64,000 nucleotides of DNA from NCBI GenBank assembly GCA_038087875.1, contig CM075999.1, positions 62,001-126,000 on the forward strand. The letters are read 5' to 3'. Position numbers and translations under genes: made by a program. The notes under the pieces are model-generated. The model searched no databases, was not told the DNA's origin, and saw nothing but the letters and a program-made list of their open reading frames with translations. The DNA is from Malacoraja senta. Taxonomy: Eukaryota. This document shows, in pieces, positions 12,590 to 24,449 of this stretch (positions are counted from its first letter, which is position 1; the number at the start of each line of letters is the position of its first letter).

Positions 12590-13005
12590 AAATGTGGACC
12601 CTCTCCATTACGGGGATGTATAGAAGGTGTTGCCTCAAAAATGCAGCCAGCACCATCATGGACGCACACAACCCTGGCCACGTTCCCATTTCACTCCTGC
12701 CATCGGGAAGCAGGAGATACAGTAGTCTGAAACCCATGTACTCCAGGTACCAGAACAGCTGCTTCCCAACAACCATCAGGCTCGGGAACATTACAGACAC
12801 TAACTAACTGTGAACTATGAACCATCTTGTTTGCATTAAGGACGTTGGGCTTTTTGCACCAATATTGGGGTCTTTGAGTTATTTAATTTAATTTGTTCAT
12901 CATGTTATCTGTGTGTATTGCATTTACAGGCCTGTCATTCCCGTTGCAAGTAAAGAATTCCATCGTTCCATTGTTGGAACATTTGACAATTAAACTTTTG
13001 ACTCT
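12590..13005 (+). mobile_element. Rex1/Babar LINE 3' fragment
   Basis: HNPGHVPISLLPSGSRRYSSLK...QNSCFPTTIRL, followed by 3' UTR with gacaattaaa. Confidence 0.75.
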
Positions 13006-13164
13006 TGGAAAGTTTGCTCTGTGTGATGGACTGGGCTACATCTGCAACTCTCTGTACTTAATATTTAAGGAAACACCAGTGCTGAGAACAGCCGCATCAA
13101 CATCTGCATCGACATCCGCATCAATACTAAGCACTTTGTTTTAAGAACGGTCCCAACTTTTGGT

Positions 13165-13505
13165 GTAAAGTACACAAAGTTCTGGAGTAACTCAGCAGGT
13201 TAGGCAGCATCTCTGGAGAACACGGACAGTTGAACGGTTCAGGTCGAGACCCTTCTTCAGACTGATTGAGAGGCAGGACAAAGCTTGGCAGGTAGTTGGT
13301 TGACAGAGGCGAGAGAACCGTTCGACAGGCAAATGGTTGAAACAAAGGCCAGAGAACCAAAGGTTTGAATGTTGGAGATTGTGAAGCCAGGGGGAGGAGA
13401 GTACGGGGGAGGGGGGGGGGGGGGGGTTGTGTGGAGAGGAGAAATAGGTGGGGAAGGGACACTTTGTGTACTTTTGTGTATTGACCAGTTTCTGCAGTTC
13501 TTTGT
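13165..13505 (-). mobile_element. PLE-derived repeat with degenerate hammerhead-like motif
   Basis: ctggagtaactcagcagg...gcagcatctctggag...gtcgagacccttcttcagactg module. Confidence 0.6.
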
Positions 13506-13647
13506 TTCTCATCTTCTACTGCTTTTCGAAACAACATCAGGGACAATAAGGATGATTTAATTCCAACTTTTTAAAGCGAGGTATCCAGTAACAGTCCGCC
13601 TATCATCATGATCTCTATCTTTAGATTTTAAAATTTTAAATGTTACA

Positions 13648-13898
13648 CTCGGGTTCGATCCTGATGATAGGTGCTGTCTGTATGGAGTTTGCACGTACTC
13701 CCTGTGACCGCATGGGTTTACTCCGGGTGCTCCGGTTTCCTCCTACATTCCAAAGACGTGCTGGTTTGTAGGTTAATTGGCTTCTGTAAATTGTCTGTAG
13801 TGAGTAGGAAAGAACTAGTCTACTGGTGATCATTGGTCGGTGTGGACTCGGTGGGCTGAAATGCCTGTTTCAATGCAATATCTCTGAACTAAACTAAA
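13648..13898 (+). mobile_element. V-SINE (5'-truncated)
   Basis: B-box gggttcgatcc, V-domain and (aacta)n tail. Confidence 0.85.
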
Positions 13899-14621
13899 AA
13901 TGCAATGTCGTGTTAGCCAAGTTAAAAGGTGCCAAAAGACTTGATGCATTTAATGTGATGACACGCAAGTACCTATAGTTTTGGAGAGCCCTGCGTTCAG
14001 TTTGCATTATTTAAGACAATTTATTTTACACTTCATGTTTGGTCGACAACAAAGTCTATATGGTATAATTGACTATTTATTGCGAAGCAACGTTTAATTT
14101 TTCCTTGAACGCATGATGCCGTAACTGACCTCACGCAGAGAAAGTAAACGCATACAGATTTGACAAATGTTTATGAATTAACATCAAAAGAATTGTTTAA
14201 TCAAGGACTGAGTGTTTATGAAGTACCATAGTGATTTTTAAGAGACTTTTAGGCAGGCACATGGATATGTAGGGAATGGAGGGATATGAATCACGTGCAG
14301 GTATGTAAGAGTTGGTTCCTGGCATTATGTTCGGCACAAATATTGTGGGCTGAAGGGACTGTTCCTGTGCTATACGGCTGGATGGATGTTCCGTTGGATG
14401 TTCTATGTTCTAATATAATGAACTAATGTGCTGACCTAGACAAGGTAAACCTCATTGACTGATTAAAATTAATCTTGTATGGATTACAATCAATGCAAGT
14501 TTGTGCTGCTGTATGTTTATTATGGCAATATTTATATCTCATTTAAATTCAAAAATATTAAAATACAGAGATTGGATTTATCAGTGCATGGACTGAACAT
14601 GCTTCAGAAGGAAGGAAGCAA

Positions 14622-14922
14622 ATTAGTTTAGTTCAGTTTAGAAATACAGCTTGGAAACAGAGCCTTCGGCCCACCTTGTCCACGCCGACCATAGATCTCC
14701 CATTCACTGTTTCGATGTTATTCCCACTATGGAAACATAAACATTCGGGGCAATGTACAGAGACCAATAAGCCGATCAAACCCACGTCTCTGGGATATGG
14801 GAGGAAACCGGAGCAACCGAACCCATGCGGTCACAGGGACGACGTGCAAACTCCACACACATACAGAACCCGGGTCTCTGGCACTGTGAGATAACAGCTC
14901 TACCAACAGTGTCACTGCGCCA
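14622..14922 (-). mobile_element. V-SINE
   Basis: Reverse-complement V-domain, head and (aacta)n tail. Confidence 0.8.
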
Positions 14923-15275
14923 CCCAAATCTTATTGAGCTATTCCTGATTCCTGGCTGAATCAATCAGAAGGTAAATGGGAGTACGGGTAATTGTGTGCT
15001 TTCCCCTTAGACCAGACTGGGATGTGATTCAAGGCAAAGTGGCTGACAGATAGTACACTATGTGTACTGAGTACACTTAAAACGAGGCTGCAGTCTTTTT
15101 AGGAGTTGGTTATGGGGGGAACACTTGACAGACACATGGATTAAAAAAAATATTTGTCACAGTGATTTTCAGGACGAAGATAGAATCACAGAGTGGTGAA
15201 AATAAACATTACCTGTCTAGAAACCTATCTCCAGGATGTACAGAAATCGAATAGTCAAAATGGAACTGTCATCCC

Positions 15276-16047
15276 CCGTGTGCGGACATGGCGCCGACGG
15301 ACGAGAAGCCGAAGCAATGAAGTCAAAGCCAAAGAACCGAATGGAAACGCGGCTGAAACGCCAATAAACCGAAAGAGTACGAAGACGAAACGCCTACTAA
15401 CTGAAAGGATGGGACGCCTAAATGCAAACTAACTGAAAGGGCGGGGCGCCTAAAGCCAACGAACTGACTGCCAACGAACCGAAAAGCTGCGTCGCCTAAA
15501 AGCAAACTTACCGAATGGCCGCTCTGTCAAAACGCCACCTATCCGAAAGGCATCGTCGCCTACAAGCCAACGAACTGACTGCCGCTCAACAGAAAAGTCC
15601 AATAACGGACATGGCGTTGCCGGGGGTCGGGACTTGTCAGCGAATGGTCCAGACCCCTGCGTCCATCACATCCCTGTGAAGGGATGAACATTGTCCCACA
15701 CCTCTGCTCCACCCGACCCGCAGCCCGCGGAGGGTGGCCGTGGGAGAGTGGGGGCTGTCCCGAGGGATGCGCACCTTCGGCCGCTTTCAACTTGGTGCTT
15801 GGGTTCAGATTGCCCAGTCACCTATGGCTTGTGTGGGAAAAGGAACCCCCACGCTCCCGTCTCCCCCTTGGCTTCGTTGGCTTTTAGGCGTCCCGCCCTT
15901 TCGGTTAGTTTGCAATTAGTCGTCCCATCCTTTTGGTTAGTAGGCGTTTTGTCTTCGTACTCTTTCGGTTTATTGGCCTTTCGGCCTCGTTTCCATTCGG
16001 TTCTTTGGCGTCGACTTCTCGTCCGTCGGCGCCACGTCCGCACACGG
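15276..16047. mobile_element. Foldback-type non-autonomous DNA element with long TIRs (copy 1; possibly MULE/MuDR)
   Basis: 15276-15462 is the near-perfect reverse complement of 15873-16047 (ccgtgtgcggacatggcgccgacggacgagaag...); homologous to 43291-43866. Confidence 0.8.
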
Positions 16048-16235
16048 ATCCCCATGCACTAACACTATCCTACACATACTAGGGGCAATTTACAATTACA
16101 CCAAGCCAATTAGCTTATAAACCTGTACGTCTTTGGAGTATTGAGCATGTTGACGATGGGTTTGCGTCAGCTTGAACAGAAATCCAAGTCCTCCCATGGT
16201 AAGCTGCTACTGAGTCCAAAACATCTTGAATAGAA

Positions 16236-17792
16236 GTAGCCATCAATCCGAGGAAGGCTGCTGGACCCGACGGCGTTTCTGGACGCGTGCTGAAGGACTG
16301 CGCAGACCAGCTGGCTGGAGTCTTTACGAGGATTTTCAACCAGTCTCTGGCCCAGTCCACTGTCCCATCCTGTCTGAAGTCCTCCACCATAGTCCCTTTG
16401 CCCAAAAAACCCCACATTTCCAGCCTCAACGACTACCGGCCAGTCACACTCACACCAGTGGTGATGAAGTGCTTTGAAAAACTGGTCCGGGGTCACATCA
16501 CATCACTCCTGCCCCGAAGCTTTGACCCCCACCAGTTTGCGTATAGAGCGAATAGATCCACAGAGGACGCTGTAGCCACAGCCCTCCATGCTGCACTGTC
16601 ACATCTGGAGCAGCGGGGGAGCTACGTGCGGATGCTCTTTGTGGACTACAGCTCTGCTTTTAACACCATCCTTCCCCACAAACTGGTGGACAAACTGGGG
16701 GACCTGGGACTTCCACACTCCACCTGCATGTGGATAAAGAGCTTCCTGTCGGGTCGCAGTCAGAGAGTCAGAGTGGGCCATCACACATCTACGGCCCTCA
16801 GCCTCAGTACTGGCTCTCCACAGGGCTGCGTGCTGAGCCCCCTGCTTTACACCATCTACACATATGACTGCACCCCCGCCCACCACAGTAACACCATTGT
16901 CAAATTCGCGGATGACACCACGGTGGTGGGGCTCATCTCTGGGGGGGATGAGTATGCCTACAGGGATGAGGTGGAGCAGCTGACAGGGTGGTGTGAAGAA
17001 AATAACCCGCTCCTCAACACCTCAAAGACCAAGGAGCTCATAATAGATTACAGGAAGAAGAAAACGGACATTACACCACTAATCATCAGAGGGGACTGTG
17101 TGGAGAGGGTGGCGGATTTCCGCTTCCTGGGAATCCACATTGAGGAGGACCTGACATGGAGCGTGAACACCTCTGCGCTGCTGAAAAAGGTCCAGCAGAG
17201 ACTGTACTTCCTGAGGGAGCTCAGGAAGAACAACATCACCCAGAGACTGCTGCTATCCTTTTATCGGTGCTCCATAGAGAGCATCTTAACATACTGTGTA
17301 TGCGTGTGGTATGCCAGCTGCACCGCGGCTAAGAGGAAAGCGCTCCAGAGGGCTATTGACAACGCCCAGAAGATTATCGGCTGCCCTCTCCTCACCTTGG
17401 AGGACCTACACAGTTCCCACTGTCTCAAAAAATCCCAGAACATCATAAAGGACATTTTCCACCCCGGTCACTCCCTGTTTGAACTGTTGCCGTCAGGCAG
17501 ACGGTACAGATCAATGAGGACAAGGACAAACAGACTCAAAAACAGTTTTTATCCCACAGCAATAACTACACTTAATGTAGCCACCAAATGAGTGCAGGTG
17601 TGCTACACACCAAAGGGACTGTGAAATAGACAGAAGAATGTTTTTTTTCATGTTATTTATTTTAGTTGTTTATTTTAGACTTTTGCTTTTAGAACATGTG
17701 TGAATGGTGCACTGACTGGTTGGCATTTTTAATTTTGTTGTAATGTTTACATGTTATAATGACAATAAAGTATTCATTCATTCATTCATTCA
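16236..17792 (+). mobile_element. Rex1/Babar LINE, 5'-truncated, with uninterrupted RT ORF (16287-17591)
   Basis: 434-aa ORF with [47 protein letters not shown] and C-terminal [16 protein letters not shown] followed by (TTCA)n tail. Confidence 0.95.
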
Positions 17793-19045
17793 TAGCTGAC
17801 AGCAGTGAAAGAGTTAGGCTCTATAATTATTCATATTAATTAATTAAATCGATCCATCAAGGCGAGACTTTGGAAAATAAGTTACAGAGCTTACATTTCA
17901 CGGTGAAAGGTATATAGGTGAATTACAGAACCAAGTATTTGAACATCCTGGAAGATTTCTGGTGATGGTGGTAATCAGAAGAAAACAACATGGAGCTTTA
18001 TGGTTTGTTATTTTTCATAGTACACGATGTAGGCAAGAGCAAAGTTATCTTTTGGTGAGAAAACCTATCTTTGATCGGATTTTACTGGCTTTATCTTGCA
18101 CTTAACGTTATTCCATCACGTATCTGTACACTGCAAATGGCTCGATTGTAATCATATATTGTCTCTCCGCTGACTGGTTAGCACGTGACTAAAGCTATTC
18201 ACTGTACCTCAGTACATGTGACGATAAACTAAACTAAAGTGGAGGAAGCAAATACGATGGCATAATTTGAGGGGCATTTTAGACTAGACTGGCAGAAGGA
18301 TGGGATCCAGAGGAGGAGTGAGGCAGGTGAGAGTTTGGAAGTCAATGAAAGCAAATTCTGTCGACAGAATAGGCAGAAGCACGGCAGGGGTGAGGGAAGA
18401 CTGCTGGATTAACTTGTGTTTAGATCAATGTGAGAGGGGTTTCTCAACCACATATCTACCTGTGCTGCCTCCTTCAGGTATCTTTGGATTGACCCACCGA
18501 GGTCCCGTTATTCCTCAATACTCTTTGTATTCCCAAATGATCCGATCTCTATTCCGCCACCCTATTCAGTTAAATGCTCATTGCTGAACCAATTCAACCA
18601 ACTAACACATTAAGATCTGCCAGCTCCTGTAGTTTGTGGCAGATTCTGTTGGGAATATTCCTTTAATTCACACAAGCTGCACGACCCTCTTTACACAAGC
18701 ATGACATCTGTTTCCAGGGCTCTCGGATGGATTAGCACAATCTGTTGATAGAAAGCACAATCAGGAGATGGAAAGGAGAAACCACCTTTAGTTTATCAGC
18801 GTTAAGATGAATGAATGATCACAACTTAAGATGCTGAATGAGAACGTTCCTGATCTTTACTCAAATTTAACAAAACATTTGTTACTTTAAACACTAGATA
18901 ATCATTTCTAAGGTATAAAATGAGGTTACCTGGAGATAGACATTAATAAACAATGAATAAAAACATCCAGAAACATAGCAAAGATGAGCAGTTGTTCAGA
19001 AGGGCAGTGAAATAAACATGTTGTAGGTTTACCTTAATATATGTC

Positions 19046-19455
19046 ATCAGGTCAAACCAGGTCAAACCAGGTCAAACCAGGACAGACTGGGATACATCGG
19101 GACAGATCAGGACAGACCGATATAGACCGGGATAGACCAGGACATTTTGGGACACATCGGAACAGATCAGGACAGATTGAGACAGATCGGGATATACTGG
19201 GACATACTGGGATACATTGGGACAGACCAGGATACATTGGGACAGACCGGGATAGACCGTGATACACTGGGACAAACTGGGGTTACACTGGGACAGAACG
19301 GGATACACTGGGATAGATCAGGTTAGTCCTGTACAGACTAGAACAGACCTGGACAGACCAGGTTACACTGAGACAGACCAGGATAGACCAGGACAGACTG
19401 GGACACATTGAGACAGACCAAGACAGAACGGGACGAACCGGGACAATTCGGACAC
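19046..19455. repeat. 10-bp minisatellite (ggacagacca/ggatacactg variants)
   Basis: About 40 degenerate 10-bp units. Confidence 0.9.
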
Positions 19456-21726
19456 ACTTTTATATCACTTAAATCACTTAAATATATTCTCAAAGTAAGC
19501 ACATCATCTTTTCAATAGTTTTTCTTTTGCAAATGATTTAACTTCCTTTGAAATCTAGAGTGTTTAACTGGTTTATGTACCGAAATGGAACAATGAGATT
19601 CTTACTCGCAGCAGCCGTTCAACAGGTTTGTTACATGGTGCTCAGTGGATAATATAACGATGAGGTTCTTACTCGCAGCAGCAGTTCCACAGGTTTGTAA
19701 CATGGTGCTCAGTGGATAATATAACAAACAAACAAAAGAAATTCAGTAAATGTGCAAACTTGGCACTGGCAACACCCGAGGCCAGGATCGAACCAGGGTC
19801 TCTGGTGCTGTGAAGCAGTAGCTCTACCAGCTGCACTACTGTGCTGCTAGTAAGATTGGAAAAGAGAGGTGGGCACAGATTGGAAGCTTCCATCCCCCCT
19901 CGACGCCATCAATCTGAAGAAGATTCCCTCCCCAGATCATGTATCCACCTATCACTCACCAGACTTTGCCCTGCCCCTCTCATTTTCAGCTTTCCCCCTC
20001 CATCTCAATCAGTCTGAAGAAGGAAGGGTCAGGCAAAACCAAAATGTCGCCAGTCCTTTCCCTCCACAGATGCTGCCTGACCCCATGAGTTCCTCCAACA
20101 CTTTGTTTTTTTATTGCTCTACCTTGAGACTTAACACCAGCAACACCCAGCACACTTTTAGACGATAAAATAAAAGTTTTGTTCAACATTAGCTTATCGA
20201 AAGCAGTGCTCTTTTATTGTCTGCAGAGGGGGAGTGGGATCATTTGACATGATACACGTGTCCTTAATTCCAAACCCACAGCACAAGACCACAGCCGAAT
20301 CTTTCAGCCTGGCTTCAGACCAGTTTATTTCACCTTTGTTAAATGTGGAAGGGATGGCTGGTTGGAGTCTGTGTGACATTTGATTCTTTCCCCTCATCCT
20401 TTCAGATTGAAAGTTTGGGGTTTAGAAACTGTAATCCCAAACTCTTCATTTTAGAAATTCTGAAAAACTCCTAATCCTAATCCTGGATTTAAATTATGCA
20501 TCAGACAAATGACTAGATTATCAGGAGGCTGTGTAGAGACCCACAAGGTTTAATTTTCTTTGAAAGCACCCAAATAGCTTGATAGCTGATCTCCTTGCAA
20601 AACTGACAAGATGCTTTCAGGATAGATTTAATTCACTAGCCTCTAATAATGGAATTTCAATCCCATATGCCTCGATTCATCTTTTATGGTTGTCCTTCTC
20701 CACGGTAATGAAAATCATCAGGCTATTTCTCTGAATGGCAGATTGTTCAGTGGTTGTTTCCTGAACATCTGAAATCAGTTAACTTCCCCTGGGTCTTAAC
20801 AGGAATTGCAAAACAAATAGGAGACTACTCTTCCATCTTCCTGTGATGCAGTTTGCTTGACATTATATGAATCAGCGGTCACGGAAATGTTTAACATATT
20901 CTGTTCTAAATTACAATGAAGTCCACAAATGCCTACAAGGCAGGTGTACAGTTGTCCCAGATGATGAAGCTCATAGCCGCAACTTGAGGAAATTAATCGC
21001 GGCATTTACATTGTAGATCTATCAGAAATAATTATTCAATTGGGTTGTCACAACGCAGGAATCCCTAATTATATTAAGGCAAGGTTTGCTTATTCATCAG
21101 CCTTGGCACAGCCGAGATTAGGCTGGAACTCATTGTATAATCAATGTTCTCCCTTGTCCGATTTCACGGCCCAACTGCAGGGGAAGAGGTAGCTAATCAG
21201 ACGCAGATCAGTAACATCTGATTTTCGGATAAAAAAACATTTCCAAATGGGGATGTTATTGCCATTGGAGCGTGCTTTAAGAGCATGTTGAAGTGGCGTG
21301 ACACACATGAGCGTGTGCTGGTTTTGCAAGGCTCCCCAGCAGTTATATTCTATCACATACATAGGAGCATGAAGTCATCACGTATGACGGAACAAGTCAT
21401 GCCACATGTAATCTGCAAGGGAGCATCAGACCATAAGACATAGGAGCAGAATTAGGCTATTCGGCCCGTTGTGGCTACTCCGCCATTCAATCCATTATTC
21501 CCTCTCAATCCAACTCTCCTGCCTTCTCCCTGTAACCTTTGATGTCCTTACTGAGAGTGAAGGTTCAGGGGAGGTTGGGGGGAGTGAGTGGGGAGAGAGG
21601 GTTGGGGTAGATGGTTGGGTGACAGAAGGAGAAGTAATGAGGTGGGAGGGGGGCATGATGGCTGTGGGTGGGGAGGAGGAGGAAAAACTAATGAAATATT
21701 ACTGGGGCCGTGAGAGTAATGAATGT

Positions 21727-21972
21727 GTTTAGTTCAGAGATACATTGTGGAAACGGGCCCTTGGGCCCGCCGATTCCACGCCGATTAATGATCACCCGTA
21801 CACTATGTCTATGTCCTACACACTAGGGGCAATTTACTGTAGCCAATTAACCTACAAACCAGCACGACTTTGGGATATAGGAGGAAACCGGAGCACTTGG
21901 CGGAAACCCAAGAGGTTACAGGGAGAACGTGCAAACTCCGCACAGACAGCAGCCATAGTCAGAATCGAACCC
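21727..21972 (-). mobile_element. V-SINE
   Basis: gcaaactccgcacagacagc V-domain and tail on the reverse strand. Confidence 0.8.
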
Positions 21973-22489
21973 CAATCAGCCACATCAGGAAATCCAACCA
22001 CAGATCAAACATGCCCCTCTCCAAGCAGGACAACATCAAAGCAGTATCATCATCTCTCACAGATGGAAGGATGCCAACCAGATAAGAATCTAGAGTTGCA
22101 GGGAATGGAGGAATATGGATCACATGCAGGCAGAGGAGATTCGTTTAACTTGGCATCATGTTCGGCATGGACATTGTGGGCCAAAGGGCCTGTGTTGCAC
22201 TGTTCTATGCATGTTCTTATCAAGTTACAGGGCGTGCAGCAATAGATGTCCTTTGTAAACAAGAGCATTCTATTTCATTGTCATGCTGTGGGATCATTGC
22301 TGGGGACCTTGGACAGGTGAACTTCTCTTGCTACAAATGCATAATTAAACAGAGACATAAGAGATGGAGATGCTGGAATCTTGAGCAAAAATGCAAACTG
22401 CTGGAGGAACTCAGTGGGCTAGGCAGCATCCGTGGAGGGAATGGACAGATGGTCTTTCAGATGGAGAGCCATCCTCAGAATATTGTGGT

Positions 22490-22705
22490 GTGTTGTGTGG
22501 CCTGCTGTGTGGAGTTTGTGGGTTGTCCATTGACCGTGTGAGTTTTGACTGTGTGCTCCAGTTTCCTCCCACATTGGCCTCTGTAAATTGCCCCGTGTAG
22601 GGAGTGGATGAGAATGTAGGATAGCATAGAACTAGTGTGATCAATGGTCGGTGTGGACTCAGTGGACGAAAGGCCCTTTTTCCTTGCTGTATCTTTAAAC
22701 TAAAC
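22490..22705 (+). mobile_element. V-SINE (5'-truncated)
   Basis: tgtgtggagtttg V-domain, gtagggagtggatgagaa segment, (aacta)n tail. Confidence 0.75.
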
Positions 22706-23169
22706 TATCTACCCTATCTATGCCTCTCATAATTTTACATAACTTTATTATCATGTTCAGGTCATAAGTGCTGTATTAGGCCATTCGGGTCATCGAATCT
22801 ACTCTACCATTCAATCATGGCTGATCTATCTTTCACTCTCCACCCTATTCTCCTGTCTTCTCCCCATAAGCTTTGACATCCCTTACTAATCAAGAATCTG
22901 ACAATCTACTCCTTAAAAATAACCAATAACCCTGCCGTCTAAGGCAATGAATTCTATATTTTACTTCGGAGTCACGTGAGTGACTACGTGAAAAACCCCG
23001 CCAGTGCGCCTGCGCGTCATTACATCAGACGCCTTGACGCAGACGGACGTGAGGAGCAGAGCTCCTCCAGTGGTTTGTAGTTTTTCAACTACAAGGAAAG
23101 TAGAAACTTTTTTCATGTTTTCCAGGTCCGTTTACTGTGGGTCTATGGGGATTTTTTCCACAGACGCCA

Positions 23170-24400
23170 TGGGAAAAAACGGACAGGGGGAAGAGGCGAG
23201 CGACACAGCCGACAGAAAGTCGGGAAAGTCGGGAGTCCGCGGTTAGAGACCAACCGCCTCTAAACCCCGGTACAGTCGCCAGCGGTGAGCATAGCGACTG
23301 TGGACCTGGGGCTGGTGAAAACACAGTCAGCGCCTGTCGGGCAAAAGACGAAGTTTAAATCCCAACGGCCCATGGAGGAGGAGTCCCAGGCAATGGAAGT
23401 AGCTCCAGGGCTAGATACTGCTTTCGAGCGTATTGCCCAAATAGAAAGCCTTTTACATAGGCTGTTGGAGCAAAGTTCACTCAGGAAGGAGTGTGCTGAA
23501 ATCCAAGCTGCTGGAAGCAGCTCAACAGCTCCTGGTACAGGGCTAGATACTGGTTTCGAGCGTATTGCCCAAATAGAAAGCCTTTTACATAGGCTCTTGG
23601 AGCAAAGTTCACTCAGGAAGGAGTGTACTGAAATCCAAGCTGCTGGAAGCAGCTAAACAGCACCTGGCACAGGGCTGTTGGAATGCACCCTCAGGGATGA
23701 GGAGCGTGCTACGGGTCATGAGATTTTAGACCCCGACTCTGACGGTGAGGCTGTACAAGGCGATGAACGGCAGCTGCCAGATGTTCCACCCCTGGCAGTA
23801 GGATTCGCTGCCCCTTCAGGGTCAGGAGAGCCATTAGGAGAAGAACTGGCCTCCTTAATAAATTACTTGGTTTACCATCAGCTGGAACAGCAGGAGATGG
23901 ATGAAACTGCAAGAAAGCAGGAGACCCCAAGTAACTGTGGGTTGCTGAAAGCAGCAGCAGTGAACCAAATTATCTGGAATCAGTTGCAGAGAATATTAAA
24001 GCTGCTGGGTTCTGGAATAACTGCTTTTACCAGAATAGCAGATAACAGCCAAGAGATGACGAAGTTGCATCAGGAAGCACTGGGGTTGCTATGCAGCACC
24101 CACTTCGAGATCAATTATCTGAGGAAGGTGTTATACGGCCTACTATGAATCCGAAATTCGCAGCACTCTGCAAACCAAGTAATATACAATTACCCAACTT
24201 ACTCTTTGGAGAGATCTCGGGAGACGTATTAAAGAGTTGGAAGATGAAGCGAAAACAGGATTGATAAAAACATCAATGGTTGCAAAGTCTGTAAAGAGGA
24301 AGTATCCTTTCAGACGTCATACGGATCCTAGACCAGGACCAAGTCGCTCATCAATGCAGGGACGTAGCTGGCGGCCTGCAGCGGGAGTAAGAACCAGTAG
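23170..24400 (+). pseudogene. DIRS gag-like ORF1 remnant
   Basis: ORFs 23285-23656 and 23678-24148 upstream of RT; contains a 132-bp tandem duplication with a stop codon. Confidence 0.6.
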
Positions 24401-24449
24401 TGGTGCTTCCGGGAGAATCCAGGGATCTCAGAATACTCAAATGACTCAA

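Noticed and set aside
15276..16047. Bacterial contamination (high CpG content)
   Set aside because: A second copy with a TSD lies inside a host SINE; this is a host DNA element.
19046..19455. CRISPR-like array
   Set aside because: Contiguous 10-bp units with no unique spacers and no cas genes; eukaryotic context.
19599..19724. ~60-bp tandem duplication
   Set aside because: Real, but a routine slippage within a Rex1-like tail remnant.
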